Shown: positions 52,249 through 64,000 of the stretch, one piece after another
How the letters are laid out: the number at the start of each line of letters is the position of its first letter
Position numbering within the stretch: the stretch's first letter is position 1
Origin: Lama guanicoe
Lineage: Eukaryota
DNA length: 64,000 nt
Assembly (NCBI GenBank): GCA_013239625.1
Contig: MU056303.1
Span: forward strand, 8,736,049 to 8,800,048
Direction: 5' to 3'
Translations under genes and position numbers: made by a program
Notes under the pieces: generated by a model
Told to the model about the DNA's origin: nothing
The model's input: only the letters and a program-made list of their open reading frames with translations
Database searches by the model: none

Positions 52249-52742
52249 AAGGAATAAGAAGAAGTAAGAACTTCATTATTAGGTAAGACTGATTAACATA
52301 GCCACAATTTTTAGTTGTATATTTTGAGGCAGGAAGCAGATTTAAAGGCTTAATAATAGGTTATTAATTTTAAAAATTATGGGCAAAGAGTAACAATTAT
52401 TCATTTAAAACATTGAGTACAACAAGAAGAGTTCTCTCTCCTCATTCCTACCAAGTTTCTTTTTAAAAAATTGTAAGAAATAAAATAGTGAGAGAAAAAA
52501 TATATTGACACTGAAAACAAAGGACTAGTTCCAGCCACACACCAACACTTTAAATAGTATTAAAGAAAAATATCTGAAATATACCTGTGTGTGAGACAGG
52601 ACTTACTACTAATAACATCTTCTAGTATGAAAAACAAGGCACTAGAAGTGAAGAAGGCCTTAGAGAGAATTGACAAAAGCCTATTTTCTCTCCTACTGAC
52701 CTTTCAGAGAAGATAGAGACTCCCTTTTAAAAGTCACACCTT

Positions 52743-54034
52743 TTCTGGGAGGTTTATAGTCTCTTGTCTTATATTTAAGTCTTTAAGCTATAAACCTCCT
52801 AGAAGAAAATATAGGCAAAACATTCTCTGACATAAATCTTAGCAATGTTCTCTTAGGGCAGTCTNNNNNNNNNNNNNNNNNNNNNNNNNNNNNNNNNNNN
52901 NNNNNNNNNNNNNNNNNNNNNNNNNNNNNNNNNNNNNNNNNNNNNNNNNNNNNNNNNNNNNNNNNNNNNNNNNNNNNNNNNNNNNNNNNNNNNNNNNNNN
53001 NNNNNNNNNNNNNNNNNNNNNNNNGAATATATAAACAGCTCATACAACTTAATAACAACAACAAAAAAACCGAATCCAAAAATGCGCAGAAGACCTAAAT
53101 GAGCAATTCTTCAATGAAGACATACAAATGGTCAATAGGCACACACAAAAAAAAAAGCTCAAAAATCAAAACCACAATGAGGTTATTACCTCACACCAGT
53201 CAGAATGGCCACCATTAAAAAGTGCACAAATGATAAATGCTGGAGAGGGTGTGGAGAAAAGGAAGCCCTCCTACACGGCTGGTGGGAATGCAGTTTGGTG
53301 CAGCCATTATGGAAAACAGTATGGAGATTCCTCAAAAAACTAAACATAGACTTACCATATGATCCAGCAATTCCACTCCTGGACATACATCCAGAGAAAA
53401 CTCTTTATTTGAAAAGATACATGCACTCCAATGTTCATAGCAGCAGTATATATAATAGCNNNNNNNNNNNNNNNNNNNNNNNNNNNNNNNNNNNNNNNNN
53501 NNNNNNNNNNNNNNNNNNNNNNNNNNNNNNNNNNNNNNNNNNNNNNNNNNNNNNNNNNNNNNNNNNNNNNNNNNNNNNNNNNNNNNNNNNNNNNNNNNNN
53601 NNNNNNNNNNAGTGAAGCAAGACAAGAGAGAGGGAAAAAAATACCATATAATATGACTTATATGCAGAATCAAAAAAAAAGAAAGAAAAAAGAAGACACT
53701 AATGAACTCATCTACAGAACACAAACAGACACAGAGACATAGTAAACAACCTTATGGTTAACTGGGGGAGAAGCGGGTAGGAAAGGATAAATTTAGGTGT
53801 CTGAGGTTTGCAAACGTTAACTATAAAACTATTTATAAACATAGATAAAAGCAAATTTCTTCTGTACAGCACAGGGAACTATATTCAATGTCATGTAATG
53901 ACCTTTAATGAAAAAGAATATGAAAACAAATATATGTATGTATATGCATGACCGGGACATTATGCTGTACACCAGAAATTGACACATGGTGACCGACTGT
54001 ACTTCAATTTCAAAAAAAGAAAAGAAGCACTAAA
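52743..54034 (+). mobile_element. 5'-truncated, 5'-inverted L1 (ORF2 C-terminus plus 3'UTR)
   Basis: ORF 53205..53615 [36 protein letters not shown] is L1 ORF2 C-terminal domain; 14-bp TSD aaaagtcacacctt (52729-52742 / 54035-54048). Confidence 0.93.
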
Positions 54035-54379
54035 AAAAGTCACACCTTGGAGTTGCTAAGTAAAGAATAAGCTAAATAAAATATAGCTAATATTCTACTG
54101 GCCATTGATGAGGTTAGCTAGAGAAGGGGTTTCTGGCCAAGTTATATTTAGGCTGCCATAACAGCCTTATAAAGGAAACCCTTAACACAGAAGCAAAAGC
54201 TGCCTCCACGAGATACAGCCCTCTGTTTTCACCAAAGGTCTTAAATATATGATCTGGCAAAGTTAAATTCTAATAAATAAATTTTTCCACCTCCTGTAGG
54301 GTATCAGTGACTCAAATGGGGGCCTGAACAATATCCCAAAGCACCTATTTCAACTTTCTAAAATAGAAAAAATGTGATC

Positions 54380-55500
54380 TATTAGATTAATAAACAGAAA
54401 CATCACTACAAATAGAGGAGAAACCGGTAAGTAAAGATATCTTACAGAACACAGCTACTGAAAGACACAGAAAAAAACTTCAGAATATCTATGATGAAAC
54501 TTTCAGAGAAATCTGAGCAGACCACTGCATCTATGAAATTAGAAAAAGAAAGAAAAACTCACTATAGAAAATAAGTTAAAGATGTGATTGCTAAAAAAAA
54601 AAAGTACAATGGAAGCAGTGAACTGCTTAAAATAAAACAAAAATTAGAGGACATTTTAGTAAGTTACTAAGAAAAATCAGAGTAAGGCAATAAAGACATA
54701 AAAATTAAGAGAGAAATGGTCAGAAACAGATAACAGAATAGGGAGGTCAAATGTGGTCATAGTAGGAATTTTTTAAAAAAATGAATTAAAGAGAAGAAAT
54801 AGTAAAGAAAAGGGAAGAAAACTGTCCTAAGGTAAAGGAAACCTTGATATTTAGATGTAAAGGGCTCCTAACTAAAAACCAGATACTTTTAATGAAAAAG
54901 TACCCACTCCAACAATATTTTTGTCACTAAACATACAGTAGGGAAATTTTTTAAATTATTTCTAGACTAAAAAATATTCCATAAGTATTCTCAGAAAATG
55001 ATATAAACATGTACATAGGAAAAGTTGAAAATAATATCAATCCTTGGTTTATGAAAGAACTATAAATAGCCAATAAACAAATGGAGATACAAGGATTTAA
55101 ACAAGAGCAACAATTTCTTGCTTATCACACTGAAGAAAATTAAAATAGCATGAAGCTTGGTGTTATTAAAAGTACTTGAAAATGTGCACTCTAGTACTTT
55201 TGAGAGTATAAATTAGGATAAATTTTTTATATTATAATTAACATGTAGCTAATGCTTTTTGTAAACTCTGACAAAATTTCTATTTCCTAGAATTTATTCC
55301 CCCCAAAATCATTTATATGTGCAAATATCTAGCCATAAGAATATTCAGCAAAAAATATAACAAGTCTATATCATCATAAGCAAATATCTAAAGTTTGGCC
55401 TTTGGGTTAAGATAATTTAATCATGAGCAACACACTATATGCTTAAATGAATAGAAAAATATTCGCAAAATTAAAAGAAAACATGTTTTAAAATATATCA
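54380..55500 (+). mobile_element. Highly diverged L1ME-like fragments
   Basis: A-rich strand bias with ORF1/ORF2-like remnants. Confidence 0.45.
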
Positions 55501-55549
55501 CTACTATGTTTCAAGTTTATGTTTATGTGCTAAGTTTATTGTTATGTGA

Positions 55550-55968
55550 ACAATATGTTCACATTTGTTTTTTGGATAAGCTCCTTCAGCCAAACAACCC
55601 TCCTTATCATGGGGACCAGGCATAGTCCTCCTTATCCCTAAGCAGCAGGCTTCAGTTCCCTGCCAACCCACAGAATTATTCAAACAAGCCAGTCACATCC
55701 TCTTATGGGAACTAGGATTCCCTTCACCCTCTTGTTACTACAAAGCCTTCCTCCCACAGCCTCTGGCTGTTCACACTTTTCTAGGTATAACCTCCACGTG
55801 GCCATATGTCACAAGTGGTGTCCTTCTCAGGGCCGGGAGTATATGTGATTAATAAACTGTTGTCAAACAGATCTGTACGGTGTCAGGTGCTGTGTGTTTG
55901 GCCATCCCCATAACCTTACAGTAGGGATTCCTCCCTCACCAATGAGGGGAGGAAGAGGCAAGTATAAC
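55550..55968 (+). mobile_element. ERVL-class solo LTR, same family as 24990-25410
   Basis: AATAAA near 55851, ends ...tataaCA; homologous to the 25 kb copy. Confidence 0.72.
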
Positions 55969-56149
55969 AAAAACAACAACAAAAAATAAAGGTATCAATC
56001 CTATGTCAGGACTGATGGAGCAATCTCCTAGAGCAGGGACAAGCTGATGGACTCCAGCAGATAAATTAGTTAATTTTGCCAAGAGAGGGCACTTCATTCT
56101 ATTAAACAGAAGAAAGGGAGAGTAGAATAGGTGGTGATCAAACTGTGCC

Positions 56150-56730
56150 CTTTCAGGATAACTTGGGTCTTGTAAAGTAACAGGCAATGACATCTGCTGA
56201 GATCAAGACAGTAATACGTGTTGGGACTTAAGAAGTGGATCCATTTGGATATTTTGCTCTCTGTAATTGCCAACGAAGAGTAATTTTCTGGCAATTAACT
56301 ATCTCACATGTAAGAAGCCTGGAAGCAGGAAATCGCAGGATGGGTTCAGGAGCTCAACAAATATTAGATACAAGTTTGTCATTTTCAAAACTTTCTCCAT
56401 CTTCTGCTAAAAGTGGTAGGATGGCTGTTGCATCACAATTCACATGACCTCTCCAAAGAAGGGAGAAAGAAGATAGAAAAGAAAAACATCTTCTCCTGAA
56501 TACAGATACATACATAGACAGATAGATATTATATATGAATATTATATATATGATGTTTTACAGAAGCCACTAGTATATATCCCCTAAACTCACTGGTCAA
56601 TACTGGTCAATAGGTGACCATAAATGAGCAAAGTAAATGAGATTAGCAAGATTAGCTTAAAATAATCACAAATTTTACCCTGGGGTTGAGAGTTTTGCTT
56701 CCTGAATAAAAGTGGAGTTCTGTTAGCAAA
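56150..56730 (-). mobile_element. MaLR LTR (MLT1K/L-like), degenerate
   Basis: tcaggataacttgggt...aagtaaca start; aataaaagtggagttctgttagcaa end. Confidence 0.5.
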
Positions 56731-59009
56731 TATCAGTGGGAGAAATAAATCAGGTCAAATAGTTTGCAAAGATTATTCAGTGGAGTATGGGAAAGTTTTG
56801 GAATAACAGCTGTGGATAATGCCGTAAGAAATTCACAAAACATGAATGAAAGAATTATTGGGCAACTGTCAATACCACATTGAAGGTAGAAAATCATGAT
56901 TTTATAGAGACTATGATATCCCAGATTTGAGACTGTCTTTGCAAACACATAACAGACTAGGAATCAGAAGTAAATATGTGGAGTATCAAAGGAATCAAGA
57001 ATGCTAGGATTTTTATGAAAAAGATTTTGAATGCCTGGCCTGACCATGAGATCCAGAACTTCAGAAGTAAATGACCTAGCTATGAGTTACAAGAAGTAAA
57101 AGAAGAAAAAAAAAAAAGTACAGCTTCTGGCATATGGAGATCAGAATGAAAAAATAGAATGAACAGGTAGTATAAAGGGAATACAGAGATTTTAGTAAGA
57201 GAGACAGAATCCAAATTCACTGACATTTGGAATAATTTTGCCTCAAAGTGTAGACATGGCAGAGATAGTCTGATAAAATCGGGATATAAATTCAGTGGTT
57301 GTAAAGAGATTAAGAATATCAAAAGGATGTCTTTTGGTGCAGTGGGGAGAGTGGCAGGAATACTTTTCACTTTGCCTGTGTTGTTCTGTATTCCTAGTTA
57401 GACTGTATTTTCTTTCAGGCCAGGGAGCATATTTTACATTTTTTTCTTACCCTGATCTATGAAGAGGAGGGAGAGGAGTGGTGGCTATAATGGCGTTGGA
57501 GATAGTCCCCTAGGATTCCAAGATTTCACCTGGCTTCAAATTCCAGTGATCCCATAAGGCTCGCACAATTAGATTTTAAATACTTTTGTAAAATCAAGGA
57601 ATAATTTCATATTATTAATTGAGTTGGCAGTATTGTATCTGGATATAATTCTTTCTCTTATAGCTTCAAATTACATGGTTATGTTATCTCCCAGTGACGC
57701 ATCTCCTCCAAATACAGTCAAGGGCTATGCCTAGAAAACGCAGGTGCTTGTAGATTCAGGCTGTGCCACTGAATGCCAGTTACATATCCGGTATCACAGT
57801 GGTATTGATTGTACTCAGTTTAAAAACAGGAGGCTAGAAAAAATATCAAACAATAGTCAAGAGGTTGAATAAACTGTGATATTGTACAAAGGAATACTTT
57901 TAGCCATAACAGACTACTATTTTTTAAAATATGTATTAACATAAAAATAAAGCACAATGTAATTCTAAGAATTAATACTTGTACTCGTGTGAAATGTCCA
58001 AAAGTGTGGTTTATAAGAATGTGGGTGATTTTCAAAATGGTTTTTAGGATTTTATCAATTCTCCAAAGCAAATTCTTACACACTAAATAACAATAACAAC
58101 AGACCTGATGCAAACTTTGTCCTTTAAAAAGAAAAGAGGATGACAGACTTGGAGGGAAAAAATAAGAACTGTTGAGAGCACCAGAAGGCTTTTTCTTGTG
58201 CAGTGGGAAATGTTCCCCTCCCCATCGCAGACTCCCTATGCCCTCCTCCTCTCCTTTCCTCTCTCTCTCTCCCTCTCCCTCTTCCTGCCAGGTAAGTAGT
58301 GAGATTAGCTTCTGAGTCACCGTAATTCTTACAGCTTTATTTCCTGTTTGGGATTCAGGCCAGGAGATCTGAGCACGGTCTGATTCACCCACTGTTTTAA
58401 ACAAGTACTACCCAAGGCTTTTCCGAGTCCTTCAGGCAGTTTCCCTTCATCCCTTCAGAATGTTTGTGCTTTATCATCGTATTGATGCCTTTAAACTGCC
58501 TAATTAAAAACACTCCGCACTTAAGACTGAGCTCTCAGAAGGCTCCCCATGTTCAAACAGGACTGAGTCCACGACAGCTGAGGGGAACATCTGGCTTTAG
58601 ATGGGGAAGCTGAAGGGTGCTCCTGGGGCTGGGCTTCCCGAGAAAAAGCACTTGCGAGAGTGTGCATAACACTCTCACAATTACTCCCCACTGGTACTGC
58701 GTGGCTGGCTCTTCTAAAACAGCAGTATGAGTGTGTGAATAATCATAAAGCAAATAAGCAAAAGCCAGGAATGATTAAACCATAGGGTTTTACAGCGGTT
58801 TTCTCTTCTGGTGTTTCTTGACGTTTTCTTCAATTTTCAGGCTTCTTCACAGGCCTTTCTTCTTTCGAAATGTCAGTAATTCTCAGGGGTCATTTCTATG
58901 TTCTAAACAGTCTGTCTTCATACCCCATCTACATCTTGTTCTAACTTCAGCAAACAGGTGGGTGAACTCCAAACTCTGGTTCTCTCTCCAGGTGCTTCAG
59001 TCTTCTGCC

Positions 59010-59430
59010 TAGATCCTTCTCAGATCCCATTTTCTTATTCTGTGTGCCCACCCCCAGGTTCTGCATGCTTTGTTTCTGAAGGTTTGTTTCAGCAACCCTC
59101 TTCAGAAGACAATTCTGGGGCTACTGGAGCCACTTTGCCTGGACATATGAAGAGCTTAAGTACCAGGAAGTTTGTCCCATGGGGTAGACCACAGCTAATG
59201 ACTAAGGCAACAGTATAAGAGCCCATCTCCCTTGTTTTGAGCAGGACAAGTTAGTGGTGTGATTTATTCTCCAGAGTTCCTTTTGGGATTGGAGAAGGCT
59301 GGGACTTCACCCGAGACTTTGACTTCTCCCCCTTCCCTATTCAGCTTCCACTACTCTTGGAAGCATTTCAGTAAATCACTTGTACATGAATGCTTATCCC
59401 AGAATCTCCTGGGGAATCTGACCTAAGATG
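59010..59430 (+). mobile_element. ERVL LTR16-like solo LTR
   Basis: taaatcacttgtacatgaat.cttatc.cag..tctcctggggaatctgacctaaga 3' end, typical of LTR16. Confidence 0.7.
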
Positions 59431-61425
59431 CTGCTGGACTTGACATTTATTTATACAACTGTCTATTAAACATAGTCACCTGGATGACCCACATGCATCC
59501 TAAACTCAATTTTGCATCATATTGTTGACTAATATGTTAGTTGTACCAATATATGCCCTCCAATAATTAAGTCTTTATTATTATTATCATCATTATTACA
59601 TCACATCATCATCATCATTTTACACCATTAATGTTAGTTCATATTTTTCCTCATATTTACCAATTTGTTTATTTATCATTCTGTCTTGTATATCCTATCT
59701 TCCTTTTGATTTTTATTGTTTTTCTTCCAGAAGTATATTCTTCAAGGCTCCTTTAGCAAGAATATGTTAATGGTAAACATGTTCTTTGTAGAAAATTTGC
59801 TTTTCATCTCTGGTTATTTAAAGAGTCTTTCTTTCTTTTGGTGTTTTGAGGTTCCCTGTGATGTGGTGTAGCTAAATCCAATTTTATTTATTCTTCACTA
59901 GATTCCTTAGGCTTCCTGAATCTGAGCTTCTGAGCCATTTATATCTTCTTTTATTTCTGAGAAAATTCCACCCACTACTTCTTTAATACTGCATTCTTTT
60001 TATTCTGTCTTTCCAGTACTCCAGTTGGCAGCACTACTTGAACAATTGGGCAAGAGAGGTCCTTGGATCCCATATTTTAAAAGGTCCTGTATATCAAAAC
60101 ACACACACTCACACACACACGAGTATTTTAAAACCATTGTCACTTGTAAATCAGTACTCATTATTGGTACATTGCAACCTAAAACTCTAAATACATGGTC
60201 TGACAAGTAACTTCTCTTTTGAATTCTAAGGGAAAAACAATTACTGTGAAATGCCATAAATATTTGAGGGTTGTGTGACAGTCATTGTCAAAGACAGAGA
60301 ATGCTTCATAGTGAAGATAAACTGATCAACAGAGAAATTAGTAAAAGACTACATAATTTGTCAAATCCTTCTTTTCCAAGAGAATGAATGTAGAAGATTC
60401 TTCCACAACATAATGCACTTCCAAGTAGCATCTTGAATCCATTCTCTTGCTTCTCTTCTTATTTTTTATTTTATTCTAATTTATGGTTCATGAGACTCAG
60501 CAATTGGCTTGGTTTGAAACAGCTGCACATGGTGATGAAGAAATATTTTTCAATGTTAAATAATTCATGTTATTTGTAAATCTGTCTTCATGTAGCTCTA
60601 AATATACCAATCTTTTTTATTGCTGTATAGCTCTAGATATCACTTTACAAGACGGTAAAATGCATTATATGAGACCAATTCATTTTAATTAAAATACTGA
60701 CATTTCTCTACAACAGTTATCATATGCATCCTATTAAAAAGTTTAAATGTGATGTAAAGTTCTTATGTCATTTCCCAATCTAATACGTATTCAAATAAAA
60801 TTAATTTAAAATATATAAAACTACAGTAATTCACAGACAGATGTCTAATTTGACATTACTGTCATGGAAAAAATTACATGAAAATCTTGTTTCTAATAGT
60901 GTGATTATTGACTTTTTTAAATGTAAAGAAACATAATTTTAAAAACTTAGTACATTATAATATAATTACAAACTGTGTATATGTTTGCATATCATGTTTC
61001 CAAATATCATTGGTGCATCAAAATAAAATTCCAATATGCACACTAATAATCAGTCATCTTTGATAATCTGACAACTTTTAATCATATAAAAGTTATAACT
61101 TGACAAATTTTTATAATTAAGAAGGTATATTCTTAAGAAGAAAGGATGATATAAATTATTTGATAATTTAACTTCAGTTAAAGCTTTTAAATATTTACCC
61201 ATATTTTATATACAACTACATTTAGCTGGGCCCTACAAATGTCTTCCAGGTGGAAAAAAATATTTGGCATCCTTCCAAATCAATGTTTTAAGCTTCTTTA
61301 ATGGATTTAATAGGGAAAAAATTGTTTTGTGAATACGTGGTGAACATCTTTATATGTTCCTTTATTATTCCTTACCTCTTTAATAGTTTTCATCTCTCTT
61401 TTTTGTTAATTCCAAGAACTATTTT

Positions 61426-63697
61426 TAACACTATAGTGAGAAATAATTGCTATACAAAATATGCACATATTTGATGTTTACTATTTATATGTTTGGACAC
61501 ATGCATACACCATGAAACCAACAACACAATCAAGGTAACAGACATGTCTGTCACCTCCAAAAATGTCCTTGTGTACATTTGTTGTTTTTGTGTGGATGGT
61601 AAGAACACTTTACAGGAATTCTACCTATTTAACAAATTTTTAAATGCACAATATAATAACGTTAATGATTAGCACTATATTGTCAGGGAAATTTCTAGAA
61701 CTTATTTATTTGCATAACTGAAATTTATTACCATTGAACAGCTACTCTTGATTTCTCTCTCCCTGCAGCCTCTAGCAACCCCCATTCTGTTCTCTGCTTC
61801 TAGGATCTGACTTATTAAAATACCTTATATAAGTGGAATCATGCAGTACTTGGCCTTCTGTGACTGGCTTATTTCACTTAGCAGAATGTCCTCCAGATTC
61901 ATATATGTTGTTGCAGATAGTAGCATTATCTTCTTTTTTAAGGCTGAATAATATTCCGTTGTACACATATACCACATTTTCTTTCAGTTAATCTGTTGAT
62001 GGACACTTGGGCTATTTTCATATCTCAGCTATTACGAATAATCCTGCAATGCACACGAGAGTGCAGATATCTCTTAGAGACCCTGATTTTAAAACTCTTA
62101 ACTATATATTTGAAAGTGGGATTGCTGGATCATCATTCTATTTTTAATTATTTGAGGAATCTCCACACTGTTTTCCATAGCTAGCTGCACCAAAGTACAG
62201 TCGCAGTGAACAAAAAGAACAAAGATTCCAGTGTCTTCACAGCCTGGCCAATACTTGTTGTCTTTTGTTATTTGGATAACNNNNNNNNNNNNNNNNNNNN
62301 NNNNNNNNNNNNNNNNNNNNNNNNNNNNNNNNNNNNNNNNNNNNNNNNNNNNNNNNNNNNNNNNNNNNNNNNNNNNNNNNNNNNNNNNNNNNNNNNNNNN
62401 NNNNNNNNNNNNNNNNNNNTTTGTCCATTTCTAATTGGGTTATTTGGGGCTTTTGTTTGCTTTGCTATTGAGTTGTATGAGTTCCTTATATATTTTGGAT
62501 ATTAATCCTCTTATCAGATATATGGTTTGCAAATATTTTCTCCCATTTTATAGACTGATTTCTTATTCTGTTGACTGTTCCTTTCCTATGCAGAAGCTTT
62601 TTAGAAGCTGATTTAGTTCCATTTGTCTATTTTTACTTTTGTCGCCTGTGTTTTTGGTATCATGTTCAAGAAATCACTGACANNNNNNNNNNNNNNNNNN
62701 NNNNNNNNNNNNNNNNNNNNNNNNNNNNNNNNNNNNNNNNNNNNNNNNNNNNNNNNNNNNNNNNNNNNNNNNNNNNNNNNNNNNNNNNNNNNNNNNNNNN
62801 NNNNNNNNNNNNNNNNNNNNNNNNNNNNNNNNNNNNNNNNNNNNNNNNNNNNNNNNNGCTGAAGAGACTATCCTTTCTTCATTGTGTACTTTTGGCACCC
62901 TTGTCAAAGACCAGTGGACCATAGATGCATGGTATTTCTGGGCACTCTTTTCTGTTCTACTGGTCTACTGTCTTTATGCCAGTATCTCATTATTTTGATT
63001 ACTATTGGTTTACATTATAGCTTTGAAATATATTTTGAAATCAGAAGTGTGATACTTACAGCCTTGTTTTTCTTGTTTGAGATAGCTTTAGCAATTCTGG
63101 ATCTTTCATGGTTCTATATGAATTTTAGAATTGTTATTCCATTTTTGTAAAAAAAATATCATTTTAATTTTGGTGGGGATAGTATTGAATGTGCACATTG
63201 CTTTGAGCAGTAAGAACATTTCAATATTAAGAAAGCTTCAGGGTTGTACACTTTTCCCCCATCTTTAGGTCCATGCTGGCTTCTGAGAGTCAATTGCCCA
63301 TTTTCTTTGTTCTTAACTGCCCCCAGACCTTCACACTCAACACTTCACTCTGGGTGAAGTGAGACAGAAGTAGGTGTCCTGGGAAATGCCTCAGAAGACT
63401 ACAGATATTGAATGCGTCCTTCATTCTTTCTCCCAAGGAAGACATCTCAGCCAAGGCGATCTCAGTGCTTACGTGCGACAGCTTGGGGGAGGGTCTAACA
63501 TGGGTAAAGTGAAACTGCTGCTCTTACCCATTTCAGTGAGTTTGTTCCTCGATTTCTGCTCATCTGAGACGCTGAAACTCTTAACTGGATTCTGGATATT
63601 TTATAAAGGCATTTTAGTCCATACATCAATGTTAAATCAGTGGTTTTGTGGGAGAACAAGGGCTGGAACTTCGTATTCCAAGATCTTGCTCATAACC
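61426..63697 (-). mobile_element. Older L1 (L1MA-like): 3'UTR and ORF2 3' part joined to a 5'UTR-like segment
   Basis: Typical antisense L1 text (tgtgactggcttatttcacttagcagaatgtcctccag, gatatatggtttgcaaatattttctccc); 63235-63697 resembles an L1 5' end. Confidence 0.8.
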
Positions 63698-64000
63698 CCA
63701 AGAGTCACTTTCATACCTAGAGGTTCTATTTGATTTCTTTTAATTCTGTTGCCAAGTATTTTTATATCATCTTTTTTTGGGTTTCTGAGTCCTTTTTAAT
63801 GTGTTTAATAGTTTTAAACATTTTTTACTTAATAGTAAAAAATAGTTCTGTCATATGACACTTTTGAAGGCCTAATTCTATCATTTCTCACTCATGGTAA
63901 TTTATTTTCTGGTATATTTCATCATTTTTAGGCCATGTGTTCATTCTTCTAGGAGATTTATCAGCAGAGAACCTTTGGAACTTAGATTAAGAATGTGTAC

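Noticed and set aside
57820-58404. 194-aa minus-strand ORF
   Set aside because: Runs through a CT-rich tract and degenerate L1; low complexity, non-ATG start.

Overview
Mammalian genomic DNA, most likely a camelid: it carries a vic-1-type tRNA-derived SINE and cetartiodactyl-type L1 3' ends. The only protein-coding content is the 5' part of ADAM28 on the minus strand. Seven coding exons (ATG at 17529, exon 7 ending at 349) have GT-AG boundaries and consistent phases, and join into 219 uninterrupted codons: signal peptide, prodomain with the HTCG cysteine switch, and the start of the metalloprotease domain. The gene continues past the left edge. The remaining ~46 kb is upstream intergenic DNA rich in old L1/L2/MIR, MaLR/ERVL/ERV1 solo LTRs and hAT elements, with a few young L1 3' ends that retain TSDs and six short N runs. 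I found no evidence of a new multi-gene system. The best leads are gene-level or regulatory: an R-K-S-R convertase-type motif at the prodomain boundary, an mRNA 3'-end retrocopy nested in an intronic LTR, a sense LTR in intron 6, oriented CTCF motifs, a triple STAT6-type repeat, an L1 in the proximal promoter, two twin-primed L1s, and a 290-bp tandem duplication that may be an assembly artefact. Repeat family names and human ADAM28 comparisons are from memory, not from a search.
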